DNA of 64,000 nt from Tubulanus polymorphus (lineage: Eukaryota; Animalia; Nemertea), in contig NC_134036.1 of the NCBI RefSeq assembly GCF_964204645.1, forward strand, positions 5,982,600 through 6,046,599, given 5' to 3'. Shown here one piece after another: positions 1 to 40,000 of the stretch. The stretch's first letter is position 1. Each line of letters starts with the position of its first letter. Both the position numbers and the translations under genes were made by a program. The notes under the pieces were generated by a model. It saw only the letters and a list, made by a program, of their open reading frames with translations, did not search any database and had not been told where the DNA came from.

Positions 1-358
1 ATCCCCATTGTTATTTCAATGCGTTCAGTTCGGCTGGTGATATACGATAGATCCCGTTTGTTTTTAGATCCCCGCTATCATGTTAATTTCATAGGTTTGG
101 CTAGTGATATTCGAAAGTTCATAGTTTGTTGCTGCATCCCCTTTTTGCGATATAAGTGAAAAATGATTTTCATATGCCAGTTTCTATATCCCCATTATCA
201 ACGCTTTAGGAGGTTTCGACGAGTGATTTACATATCATGACAAGTGTTAGCAGTTTCAATATCCCCATTTTTATGTTAATGCTATACGTTTAGCGAGTGA
301 TTTACATATCAGCAGATTCTCATTATTCCATTCTGTAAAAAAGGCAGATTTTGCTGAC

Positions 359-26027
<25,669 letters not shown>

Positions 26028-28659
26028 TGCACCGGCTACGATTTGGGGTCACTGAAAAAAGAAAACACGGAAAACTAGTTGAATTATATATGAACACCAT
26101 GAAAACAAGCGTCTGTCCTTTGTCCATGATTTTAAGTAAAAGCATCTACAAATATATGCTTAATTTGCGATTACGATAAACAGTCAAGAACAGTCTTTGA
26201 AAATGGCTTGGTGGCCCCCGGATTGTTAGGAACAGTCTCTGAAAATGGTTTACTGCCCCATGATTGTCAGGAACAGTCCCTGAAAGTAGTGACGTCCCCT
26301 GATTATCAGGTGTAGTTTCTGAAATGTTTTACTTTTCACTGATCGTCCCTAAAAAAGGCATTCTATCTCCAGATTGTCTCTATTGGTAGGTTTTACTAGT
26401 CGCCAACGCTTCACAAAGCTACGAATAGTGTTTAGCAAAGACTGTTCGGTCTCCAGACATTACCCTTCACAAAAAAACATGTTTACTCTCCGACTGTATC
26501 GGTTATTTTCATTTTCTGCCTAAAGCATTTCGAAAAAATCAATTACGTTCGGTACAATGAATATTTTCATGTAGAGTACCCATATTGTGTATATCAGGCT
26601 AATAGCATTCTTGCGCTCAATCTACGAGCTAAGCTGTAATTCCAAACCTCTTATTTGGCCATCCAATTACAAGGTATTCATTGATAGATAGTTCGGCGTA
26701 TTCAAGTGTCAAGTTTTGTGGAACCAATTTCAACGCGTAGATTTGAGAACAGAATACGCTGATATCTTAGCTCTACCGTTTGGAAGGACTTTGCAATGTG
26801 CAATATTCGTAAGCTGTGTTTTATATTCAAGAAAAAAAAATTCGGGATCTACATATTTTGATTTTGAAAATCATTCAAAATGAGATGATCATCATTAGTA
26901 ACTAATCACTATAATTTCACTGAATTGTTGAGTTTATCGAGAATCAGAAGGTCGTCATTAGTAACAAATAATAATTTTATTGAATCCTTGAAGTTATCGA
27001 GAGCGAAAAGGTCGCCATTAGTATAACTAATCATAATTTTACTGAATTGTTGAAGTTATCGAGAATGAGAAGGTAGTCATTAGTAAATAATCATAATTTA
27101 ACTGAATCTTTTAAGTTATCGAGAATGACAAGGTCGTCATTAGTAACTAAACATTATCTTACTGAATCGTTGACGATATTGAGAATGAGAAAGTCGCAAT
27201 TTGGTAACTAATCATAATTTGACTGAATCATTGAAATCATTGAGAATGAGCAGGTGTCACTAACGATTAATCATGTATTACTGAAATACAGAACTACAGA
27301 TCAAAACCGGCAGTTGGGGACAGAATTTTTCCCATCATTATGTTCTATATATTTCGCCCGCGGTTTATACACGACGTGTAAGCCGCTTAAACCGTACACA
27401 CAAATAAAGCCCGCTATTGTCGAGCCTGAAGGTAAAAGAAACAAAAACAAATCCAACCACGCTTATACGATTTTCCATTATAAAGAAAACCATACATTTT
27501 CAGGCAGAGGCGGGTACAGATGCGGCTTTGATTTGACTCTGAAACCAGTTTCAGGGGTAAATTTAGGGGGAAATTGTGAGATATGTACAAACCCACCAAA
27601 AACCTTTTTCATTGGCCCTTTCTATTTTCCAAACAAAGATACTTGATGCATTTCAATGTAGTAGTGTCCCTGATACTGCCTTTGTGGACTTCAAAGTGCC
27701 CTTTTGGGATGTGACAAGTCCTTCAAATTTGGCCTCCGCCCGTGAGTCCCACAGTTGCGAAGCTTTAATTCGACTCTGAAACCAGCTGCACAGTTGCGTT
27801 GGTTTAAATTGGTCAGTGGAGCAGTTCCACAGTTGTATGGCTTTGATTTGGCTCTGAAACCAGCTTCACAATAATTATTGTGTGGCTTTAATTTGACTAT
27901 AAAACCAGTTTAATGTTTGGCTTAGATTTGACTCTGAACTAGTTTAACAGTTGTGTGGCTTAAATTTGACAACGAAACCAGTTACACAGTTGCGCGGTTT
28001 AAATCTGACTCTGGATCAGTACAACTCGCGTGGAATCAACTCCACTCGACTATTTCGTTTTTAACGCCAGTCGACATACGTGACGATTAATCCGACCCCG
28101 GAACCCGTTGCACAGGTTCGATCTAATCCACTTCCACAGTTCTGTGGGTTTTATGGGTTTTATCTTAACCCAGTTCCACCAGTGACCCAAAGCGACGACA
28201 TCAGTGTGTCATAGGGTCGATAATTCGACGCATTTTCATAGTAATGTCGTCCGTATTTGTTCGATTACGTTAAAACCCGCGCTGTTAACAAACTCCATTT
28301 AATCATTGTTTCGGTCAATCGTTTAGTGTCTATAGTAACCCTGGTTACGGGTGACATTACGATGGTAAACACACACGAATGTAGCCCGGAAGCGTGAAAA
28401 TGAGTGTCGCACGCCATCGTTGAGAAAAAAAAACATTGATTCACCGATAGACAATTGAGTCATTTGTCATAATATCTGTTACGCCGAAGTGAGAAATTTT
28501 GCCTAGCTCCGTAAAACTGGTAGGATTCTAATTACATAAAAAACTGGATGCCGATGCCTTATTCAATGTCCAAATATATTTGAATCGCGAATGAAAGTTG
28601 TGTTGGTCAGTTTTAAAATTGGCTTGACTATAAGGGCTATACAGATTCAATGATGAACG

Positions 28660-29025
28660 AGTACTCGTCTATTGGTTCTCGGTGAACCCCATCTCCTCAC
28701 AGCTGTAGCGGGAGAGCAGCGAGTAGAACAGTCGCAATAGGTTCTCGGTGAATCCCCTCTCCTCACAGCTGTAGCGGGAGAGCAGCGAGTAGAACAGACT
28801 TGATAGGTTCTCGGTGAACCCCCTCTCCTCACAGCTGTAGCGGGAGAGCAGCGAGAAGAACAGTCGCAATAGCCTCACGGTGAACCCTCTCTCCTCACAG
28901 CTGTAGCGGGAGAGCAGCGAGTAGAACAGACTTGATAGGTTCTCGGTGAACCCTCTCTCCTCACAGCTGTAGCGGGAGAGCAGCGACAATCGGTTCTCGG
29001 TGAACCCCCTGCCCTCGCAGAAAGT
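28660..29025 (-). repeat. 66-bp GC-rich minisatellite (reverse-oriented relative of 55460-56130)
   Basis: Unit GGTTCTCGGTGAACCCCCTCTCCTCACAGCTGTAGCGGGAGAGCAGCGAGTAGAACAG.... Confidence 0.9.
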
Positions 29026-32000
29026 TCTCAATCAATTAAAAAACGACAATGATTTTGACGGTGATTGTCAAGGCGTGCGCGCACGCGTGGCTCCCGGCCG
29101 GGTTTGTGCCAACCCGGTGCTATGGGAACGGCTCGTGTCCCTATCCATGCGCGGACGTAACAATCGATCACGACATCGAAATCTCTTATAGTGAGCACCG
29201 CGCGCGTCGTAATCACAATATTGTTGATCGGATGTGATAAACTTGTAATTGTTCGGCCGTGAAACGTATAATCAATCTAATTCAGTCGTGATCGTCGAAT
29301 CGATGTCGTTAGTTGAAGAATTACCGTAACGACCCGGCCGAAAGTGTTTACAGAATGATCTCGAGGCTACTGAGTCGGGGGGGGGGGGTGGGGGTGATGT
29401 CGCAATAGCAACGACTATAGTTACTCTTAACGCCGGTTTATCGATGTTGCTTCGATACCAAAAATTGCCATCATCAATTTCGAAAACGGCAAATGCGTAA
29501 CGACGATATATTGACATTCGAAAATGAAGTTTAAGCGGTTGCGTATTGGAAAGCAACAGTCGGCCTACAGTCGCGACTCAATTCTTTGGCCTTAAAATTA
29601 TATTGTCTTAATTGGTTAGATCGCATTTGCGAAAATATACAAGACAGTTTGAAACTCGATTCTAAACCTAAGCCATGTCTGCGGCCCAATCGGGTCAGTT
29701 CTATAGACGGTGGTTTAAAACCTAAAACCACTTTTAAGCTTAAGTCACTAGAAGAATATTTGAGTTAATCCCCTCCCTGTTAAAGTTAAAACAACCACTC
29801 TGTTTCACTTCCGGCGGGTGTGGCCGGTTTGTAAGGGACACCGTAAGAAATATCAAACCAATTAAGACGGTTACTCCCTTTTTCAATACCAAGATAAACG
29901 TTTAAACCAATCTTCGAAACATGGCCCAAAGATAAATGTGGTATCGCTGTAAATTATCAAAGAAATGGTTTTTTCTCCGTAATAAAATCGTATCAACTAA
30001 GTTTACCTTGGTTAGCCATTATAACTCCCTTAGGTCAATAGAATTGTGAAGTTTTTACGGAAAAAAGTTATATATTCCTGAATAACGCGTTTGTTGAGTT
30101 TGTTTGAACGCAAATCTTCTTATCGGCAAGACGTCGACGTATCCGGTCAAGCGCAGACGTTTATTTCACATTTTACCATCGATATGAAGGTATAGTTTGT
30201 TTGAAGAGTAATGAGGTTTAGCCGCTAAAAAACCGTTAGACGTATTCGATTTGAATTTCGCGATTCGAAGCGCGGGTTCGAGTCCCGTTGTTGGCTCACG
30301 ATGCGCGGGTAACACTCAGAATAGCCGCGGTTCCGTCGCCAGATACAATGAACAATTCAATAGCAGGGTTAGGTCTAGGAAACCAAGATCCGAACTACGT
30401 TGTCAACAAACAAATAATGTAATATGAATCCGTTTTTTCTTTGCATTCTGCGGGAACCAACGAATTCGAGTAATTTACTTTCGTACGAGTTTGCATCGTA
30501 TTTTGCGCGCGAAAATTCACGATAGAAATCCGATTTAAACGAACCCGACCGCCGGCGACGAGTTACCCGTGCGTGAGCGAAACTGAGTCGATTCATCCGG
30601 TAACAACGTCGTTAGTTCTCGCGTCGACCGCGTGGAGGCGCAGCGGTCGCCCTAGACGGTTGCGTTCGATGATATTTTGATGTTTATCCTAGTTACGCCT
30701 TTACTTGAAGTAATCATTTTGACGAATGACTACTGCAACGTTACGCGAACGTATGCAACACGCCGGCGTTTAGAGACGAAATTTCAGCGCTACATCGCCT
30801 TTCAAGTCCGTTTTCTGCTCAGAAATCTTTACACTCAACCCCCGATATGCCACCCTCCCATACACCGCCACCCCAGCCTATCGCCGGGTTATCTTAATGT
30901 AGATCTATATACAAATACATAGTAAAACACCCCCGATATACCGCCATACTCTCTATACACCCAAAATCCTACTGCACCGATGTGGGCGGTATATCGGGGG
31001 TTGACTGTATATCGTTTTAAAATCTGTGGTCCGGTCTACATTGCAATTAGAAAACCGCGATAAGAAAAGAAAAATTCCATTCTCTCTTATTGTAGGATTT
31101 CATGACATCATCGTTACTGCCTACGAAGACGGAGTGTTTCATCAAAAGCTATGATATCTACATTAGATATTCCCTGTGTGTTACTTATCCGGTCACCGAT
31201 CCACAAAGAGCGCTTTTCACTTAACATTTCCCTACTAAAATTTTCATCCTCGCTGTATTGTGTAATATTGACTGATGAAATCAATTAATGATTCGACTTC
31301 TGCGAGGAAACGACGAAGCCTATGGGAAAGCCGGTGTCGCAATAACGTAGAGTTTTAGAAGTCGTGGTCGGTATCTCAATGTCATCGACGATAATGCGGG
31401 TACTTTCGAATTCTTCCTGCCATTCGGGTTACCGTTTTTGGCATGACAAAACAGGTTAAAACCTTATACTAAAGAAGCGAGGATAATTTGAAAATTTTGA
31501 TATCTCAATGACTTCAAACGTTTCGGTAAAATTATGATTAGTTACTAATGACGACCTTCTTATTCTCGATAACTTCAATGATTCGGTAAAATTATGATTA
31601 GTTACTAATGACGACCTTCTCATTCTCGATGACTTCAGCGATTCAGTAATATTATGATTAGTTACAAATGACGACCTTCTCATCCTCGATAACTTCAACG
31701 ATTCGGTGAAATTATGATTAGTTACTAATGACGACCTTCTCATTTCAAATGAATCCAACGATCCAGTAAATGATTTCTTATATATACAGACCGACTGCAG
31801 AAAGTTAATACCACAATTATGTCTTAAATTCATCTATGAGCCTTTAGTCGTTAGATTAGCTATAGAACTTTCATTGGCTTTTAGTATTCTCGCGCGACTA
31901 ATAGTACAAGATTCGTCGCTTCTCATCCAAATTATACAACTCGTCTCCTTGTATATACGTCGACCCCAAAAGGTGCACTTTTAAGTATCAAATATCTTTG

Positions 32001-35000
32001 TCCTGATGTAACGACGTTCTAACAGAAAAACCATTCATTCCGCTGATTATTTTTTCCTTTTTTTTCATTCAATTCGTCTCTCCTTTAGAAAAAAGCACGA
32101 AGTCGTCGTAGAATAATGTAAAGCTATAATAAGCTATAAGAATACTCAAATAGATCAAGTTCGGCTGAAGTTCGGTTAAAAGTGGGAATGTATAGTAATA
32201 ATATCCCTGTATACGGTGCGCATACGGTTTAAAACGGCGAAATTGGAGGGCGATTATATTCGAGGCTTAATCGCATTTTAGAATGAAGCGCCTTTTATGA
32301 GGTTTACTCAGTCTTTTAAACAGACGTTCCTTTCTTGTCTGGATAGAAACTGGTTTTGATAGCCCGTCATAATCTTTACGAATCAGACGCGAACGGCGGC
32401 TATTAAAAAAGTATTTTCTCCGGCTATGGAGAATGATAGCAATATGTTCGGTTTTTATCATGTTGCGAGTCTGTCGGCACTTCCTGCAGAGAAGGCTGTC
32501 CTAAAGAAATCGACCGCCGCATCATAAAGTCCTCGTTTGGTTAACAGGTACCCATCATGGCGCATGGTGATGGTGTCATCGATTCTAGGACAATTCAATG
32601 TCCTTTAATACATGCAATTCTTTATCTTTTAATACATGTAATAATGTACTGTCCCTCAAAAAGATACCATCTAATATATAAAGTTACCGTTTAATAAGCT
32701 CATTTTGGTTCCATCTGGCAACTTACGACCAGTCTAAGCTCATTTCGTGGGTTTTTTGACAACCTACCACACATGGCATCGGTCTTTTTGATTCCATATA
32801 TTATATAGTCAAGTTTGCAACATAAGACTATAGTTTAGGCCCGTTTAACTTCTATAGCCAATTTCATAATCTAAGAGCTAGAGCCGATCTTTCGATTTCC
32901 TAGCTTAATAAAGGCCGAATTAGGAAGTGGGCCTTCCTGGGCTATCAGACCCTGGTTAACACACTTATCTACACTCAATGGTCAAGTTGTAGGCTAGGAA
33001 AAGAAAGTCACAATACTTAGGTAAACATATCCATCGTCGAAGACCTTGAACTATACTTAAGCTGAATATTTGTGCCAGAAAAATTGAGCAAACATTTGCT
33101 TTTCGTGTAAAAATTCTGCCGGGTCGAGAAAAATTTGCTTTTCCTTTTCATCCATTCTTGTTTGCTATATAAACGACTATTTGATTCGGCGAAGATTTAA
33201 AAACTCGATTCGCGCGAACTCAAAAGAATAGCTGGTTTTTTGTTGTTGTCGCGAACGCAAATATTTATCTAATCCAGATACGTCGTTTGAAATATTCGCG
33301 GCGACGTATTTGCCCGCAATCGCTCGGCACGATCTTGGTCGCGCGGCGGTCACGGTCGCGCGGAGGTCACGGTCGTGCGGCGATCGCGGTCTCGTGAACG
33401 CGCAAGTCAGGCATCAGACCACAATTAGGTTAGTAGCTCGAAGATGCGTAGGGCTGGACCCCAAAAATAGTACCTAGAGTGAAGAAGAGGTCCTCCATAA
33501 ATGTTGCCATGATTTCTGCAAATGGGATAGGTAACGAATTTCGGTTATATGTATGAATTCCATTGATCCTGAGAGACAGATTGATGATGAAATAAGGGAT
33601 TCCCTGTACTTTTTTTGCTTGCAGTAAGGGTACCAAACACGGTGGGGGATTCCCTTAGATATTGGGCTCGGATGTACCGGCATACCCTGTACTGGGTTAC
33701 CCCTCCTTTCTAAAGGTTTGATTATTTCAAAAGTTAGGTTGGGTATGTCGGGCGAAAACCACTTCAATGCGTAGCTAAGATGCTGGCCTATGAGCCATAA
33801 GCAGGATTTCCCCTGAATTTACGCGCTTATATATGAACTAAAATCTCGAATTTCGTGTTTTTACTATTATAGTATATAGAAGATATTGGAATATTGGTCT
33901 GAGCTCAAGTATCGGGTTGAAGTGTGAACGGACACCTGTGTCGTTAATTGGATTCCCGATTCGCCTTTTGTCGGCTGATAATTAGATGATCCGGCGATTA
34001 TACGTACGCGTTTAAGTTTGTTTTCGTTCTACCCAAGAAGGCGAATCCCGGTAAGATTGAAGTTATTCGGAATGCTGTTAACTCCATAATTCCAGTACAC
34101 CATTTCGTTAGTAAAATGAGAGAATGGAATAAAACAAAGCATCAGTTACACTTATGGTGATAATTGAATTTGAAAAAAAGAGTATAGAAAAGAAAAACGA
34201 TTGTTAATACTCTATTTTTTTTTCAATTTCAGTTATTACCATTAGTGTATTCGTGTTTTTTTAAATTTCTTTTTGTAACTGTTGTTTTCTCAAATCAAAC
34301 TTGCACGACTGTGTGGAACTGGACCGAGAGTGAGTCCGAATAAACCCACATAGGCCGAGCTGTGGAACTGGATTCAGAGTCTTATGAAACCCGCACAAAC
34401 TTTGGAAGTAGATCCAGGGTCAAATTAAACCCGCGCATCTTTGGAAGATTGGATTCAGTGTCAAATCAAAAATTCGCTGAATGTAGAATTGAGTCCACGG
34501 TCATTTTATACCGATACATCCAGGGTTCTAAAAAGACGGTTTACAGTGCAGGCCTTGAAAACTATGGTCTTACTAAAATCATTGAACGATTAAATTCTTC
34601 AAGATATCTATTCGAGTACGTGCGCCTCGCATTCCTAGGTAATGGTTCTTTTGCAAAATCTTTTTATCCGTAGAATTTTGAAAAATATAAACGATAGTAT
34701 TGTGTCATGTATTTTCCCACGAATTTGTATCGCGTCTTGAATAGTTTGATTTTTAAATGTAGATTTTCGAGACACCGCACAATGACCGACACCGTTTTAC
34801 TTTTAAACGGAAGCGATTTCACATAAGTAATATAACACAGATAACGAATGTAGAGTAAATCGTTACGCTTTCTTTTTTTTACATAAAGTGCGAATGGGAA
34901 TGATAGTGGTCCCCCCCCCCAACGCTGGACTTCGGCAACCAACGATTCCAACTATGGCGAGTGAGATTCTATTACCAGGTGTCGTTAGTAGTTACTGAGT

Positions 35001-35229
35001 CTTCCGCGAAAAATCGAATGAACCATTTTTTTCTTAATTAAACCAATTCTTGATGAAAACCGTATAATCGCCGAGTAGAAATGAATCAGTTTAGTTAAGT
35101 AGAGATTACGTCGCTACTGCAAGTAACAGCGTAACGTTGGTGGGTCTTAAGAGACGGTCAGGGCTTTTTCGTATAGGTTGTTACGACTCATAACCTGGCT
35201 AAGTTAGCAGAGCTTAATCTTGACAGCTA

Positions 35230-35301
35230 ACGCCCAGAGGTGGCTTCGAACTAGGAACCTCTTGATTCCTAGTCCTCGCCTCTACCAACTGAACTACCCG
35301 C
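35230..35301 (-). mobile_element. tRNA-derived SINE head or tRNA pseudogene
   Basis: Minus strand GGTAGTTCAGTTGGTAGAG (A box/D-arm) ... CTAGTTCGAAGCC (degenerate B box); no proper cloverleaf. Confidence 0.5.
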
Positions 35302-37059
35302 ACGTAAGTTAAATCCATGCATGTAAATCCTTTAAGACAATGTATGGATTCGGGGCCAAGCAATTCGTTGAATCAAGTTGATTGTTAATGAACTAATTAT
35401 GACGACATTATACCGAGTGTGCTCGTGTCGGCTGACGGCCGGATAGCTGGTGTCGCAGTTCTCAAAAAGGAATGAAAAATATCGGATAAGAAAGAACATT
35501 AGATTTTTGATTACACTTTCGCAGATTTTCTATCTACGATTTGAATGATCAGTTCACATTTCTTATCGTTCTTTAACCGCGATAAGTAGCGACATTTTTT
35601 GACGAAGGGTTTTTACCCATTCATCGACGCGGCCGTCGAGTACGACGATACGTTCAAAATCGTCGAATCAACTCGAGTATGACTTAATGAAAAACATATA
35701 TAGAATGCATAGCGCCCGAAAGCTTACCTTATTTCGATGACGTATGCCGCAAGCTCGAAATCAAAAGTATTCCAAAAGTTAGTATTCTAAAAAAGCCGAA
35801 CCAGCGTTTTAATCGGAATAAGCAAAAACGTTGCGGCTAACGCGCGTATCTGTTTAGCGAAGCCTCTAACCGAACCGGTGTCTCAATCCGTTTAGATATA
35901 GGGGCGATATGTTCGTATTATTATACCAATGTCAAAACATAACGCGTATTTTTGAACGCTTTAGATAGCCCATTTTTCTATTTACACAACGCCACGAAAG
36001 ACGACATACGCTCGCGCGACCCAGCCGTCGAACGAACGAACGCGCGTCGTTAACGACCCCGTTGTCAAAATATATATCTACGTCCTTTTTGTGAACGATA
36101 TATAAAGGACACTTTCGATTTAATTGAACGCGCGCGCCGTAGGCTCGCTATAGGATCTCATCGAGCGTGCTGTATATATATACGGCGTGCTTTGTCGCTT
36201 TCGTGGCTCACGCCCTATGGAGTCTTCTACCTGTTCAGATAGCCTCAGACGTGGATGGTTGTGTCGTGTGTATTTCGATGTTTATTTGTCGTGATATCTG
36301 ATTTAATTGATACATATATCTCTTCTTTTCGACGCGTTATTCAAATTTTTGTTAATATCGACATCGATGTCTCGGTATTTATAATGATCCTCAGATTTAT
36401 TTTGTTTGGATCTTTCACGACATTAAGGGGCAAGGGTTTGTTTCATCGACGGATATCGAAACTTATTACTAATAGGCCTACGTGCAACTAACTCTACGTT
36501 CCACTCCGAGGACGCTAGAGTTGCTCAGTTGTGGCTTTATTTATTCATGGCTTAAATCTAAAGCCAGCCTAAGACCACCCTTTTAGTTGCAAATCTAACA
36601 ACTTCTGCCACCATGCTAAAGCCAGCTTTTAAGACCACTTAAGGATCATGTCTGTGCAACTTGGCCGAGAATATATGGAATTTTTGAAATCCATGGACAT
36701 ATCCCATCCCCTCGGCGTAACAGACGGCTTTTTGTAGTGAATTTGTGAAAATTGGTTCCATTCTCAAATCTTCTTAAAGGCAAACCAAGATTCCTAAGAA
36801 AAATTTGGTTCAATATCGTTTTCCCGAAAATAACTTTGAAATGCACACGCTTTCGAAATCAGAAAATCCTAGGCTCCAACACGAATCATCCACTGGGAAG
36901 CGAGGACGAGGGAATCCCTATGCGAGGGAATCCTTTGATCGGTGACGTTATCGGCTCGAGCCAGGTCGGGTAATCCCTATACGCCATTCACGAGCGCGTC
37001 ACGGCAATCCCCGACGTCATACACTTGCCAGCAGAGTGAGGAAACCCCCGGAACGAAGA

Positions 37060-40000
37060 ATGGTGGATCGCGACGTCGAAAAACCATCGTTTCTGATATT
37101 AGGAGGTAATTTAGTCGGTATTCCGACACGACAACTTGTGGAAGACTATGACGCAGGTTGAATGACTATTCAATCGCCGGTTGTCACGCGTCATGCATTG
37201 CTCAGCGTCTAATTGCGTGTAGAATAATCCCACCAATTCAATTCAATCCAATCCTTATCCTAATTCCTACCTGTCCCGTGTTGTTGATGATGGGTGTGTA
37301 TCTTTATTGTGCCTGGCTATAGCACGTATTTATAGTGAGGGCGATTTGTTTGTTGACCTTCCTTAATACGTTCAAGTTCCGTACCGGAAAACCGCAGGCT
37401 GAGTATTGCTTTGCCTATCGAATAGGTTAGAATGTATATACAACTAATACTAATGTCTATTTATTAATGTATGAGACCTGTTTTTTTGCGATATCTTGCT
37501 TAGTATTTGTAGTACATACCTCATTTAGGTCTTATCGTGACCACAAAAGTCGCGGACGACATATGAATATCCGATATTTTATCCGTTAATCACCGTTTAG
37601 AAGGATTGGTAAGAAGTGTAGGAAATCGCATCTTAAATCGGCGAAAACAACCGCCATGTTCGTCTTTTTCCGGCTCATGTGCGCATGCGCTATGATGCGG
37701 AATTTCTGCGTAGGGGTGGTAGCTTTTGAATTTAATTAATGCTCAACGAATCACAGTGTTGCAATAGTGCGCTTATGCATATGCATTCAGGTTAATCGCT
37801 TAATAGTAAACACGTACAAACGAACGCGCAACACAATGAGCTTTTCAAAACCACAATGGGAAATCATAAATCTATTCACATCACACCTACGTCGAGAAGA
37901 GAGGACAGGCCGAAATATCCCAAACAACAACACCTACGAAAGAATTCGGGCCGCTCTCAAGAAAAAAGTATCCACAGAGTCGATTAAGAGGAATTACGGT
38001 ATGTCATAGAAGGAAGTCATGCGTTGTTTATTTACTATTATAATTAGCCACGAGCTGAAGGATCTCTCACTACACAAAAACAAAAACATTGATTTGAAGA
38101 GAACTGATGGAAATCATATCAATTAAAAACACTTTATTTTTCATATAATTATTTAGGCCTAGAGAAAGCCTGTTATAAATTTCATTTTAAGTAATAAACT
38201 ATATACACTTCAAAAATACAAAGGTAATTATTTTTCATAGGCCTATTACAAAAAAAAATCTTGATTAAAAAGACATGTTTCAAAACATATTATTAAAGAC
38301 CGGTTTTCTACATTCAGGCCTATAGAAAATCATACAATAGGCCTACAAACTTTTTAGTTAGGCTAAAAAAAATGATACCTTGTTTCTCCGCAGCAGCCGG
38401 GTCATTTTAGTAAAATATGATAAAATTTATAAACAGTTCATTTCTATAGCGGCCGGTATGTTATGGTAAAATTGATCACGATTTAAAAAAAAGTAATGTA
38501 TAGGGTAGATAGGCGGCCGGCCGGGTCAACATTTAAGCTCAGCAGAGCGGAGAAACAAGGTATCAATTTTTTTTAGCCTTACTCTTTTTTGCAAACCCTG
38601 CTGGTTCGATAAATGAACTTGAAGTCAATTTTCAATGGATTTTCAGAAAAAAAGTCTTCAGTAACTGAACCTAGTAAAACCGGACGTCCATCTATAGAAC
38701 TAGACCAATTTGATCAAGATATAATCCGAAGAGAAATTCATGATATGACCAGAGATAAGAAATACATTACAATAGATGGGTAAGAATCAACAACTGCCAG
38801 ACAAAACACATCCTCCCTGACAATGATTCCAACATGATTGCTTCAAGAGATCGCCACAGCCAAAAATCCAGCCAGAGTAGCCCGGATACATAAGCATTGC
38901 TCATCATTAGCTTATCAATGTCCATTGTCCAAGTTATCTCAACTATAATTATCCGCAAAATTTGCCTAAGGGGTCATTCATTTATTACGTATGCATTCGG
39001 GGAGGGGTCAGTGCAATTGCGTTCTGTGATGCTTAGTGTATATGAAAAAAATGGCCGATTTTGCGTACAGAGGGGAGGGGGGTTGAAAAATTCAAATTTT
39101 ATGCGTACGTAATAAATGAATGATCCCTAAGTGATCAGGTTATCTGATAATTGGTAAGCAAGTTTTCAGCAAAGCTGTGCACTAGGGCTAGTCAAGCTGG
39201 ATTTCATACTGCAGCAGTCTTGATGCCATCATTTTCGGATCCCTTCTGAGAGGGATGTGCAAATATGGATATTAAGGCTAAAAAAATTGATACCTTGTTT
39301 CTCCGCTCTGCTGAGCTTGTTGACCCGGCCGGCCACCTATCTACCCTATACATTACTTTTTTTAAAATCGTGATCAATTTTACCATAACAGACCCGGCCG
39401 CTATAGAAATGAACTGTTTATAAATTTCATCATATTTTACAAAAAATGACCCGGCCGCTGCGGAGAAACAAGGTATCATTTTTGTTTAGCCTAACAACAA
39501 AAATGTAACTATAAATTTACCATCCATCTTGGTACAGCAGATTTGAAATATTTGATCTCCATATTTATGTATTTATCTCTATAGAATATATGCGAGAATC
39601 AAAAACAAAATATCAGTTGACTTGAAAAGAGTTTCAATATGGAAATGGATAAGGAGAATTGGGTTCAGGTGGCTGAAGAAAAGTGGAAAACGGTAGGCAA
39701 AACAGTTTTATATCCGATAATTTTGATTAATTATCTGATGTTTCATAGGCCTTTGTATAGTGATTATCCCTGTTCCCTTCCAGTATGCCCTAAGATTGAT
39801 GTGTCAAATTGATCAATATCTAAAATCATTGTATCTTCTTTCAGCTTTAGTCATGAAAGACCCGACATTGTACGCCAAAGAAGAAACTATCTACGGAAAA
39901 TAAAAAAAGCTAGACAGGAGAACAAACAGATCGTATATTTGGATGAAACGTGGATAAATTCAAGAGATACAATGCAAGGTGAAACTTTAAAACACTAAGC

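Noticed and set aside
30265-30300. tRNA gene (T-arm GCGGGTTCGAGTCCCGT); similar heads at 35230-35301 and 52990-53060
   Set aside because: No complete cloverleaf can be folded; treated as SINE or pseudogene remnants.
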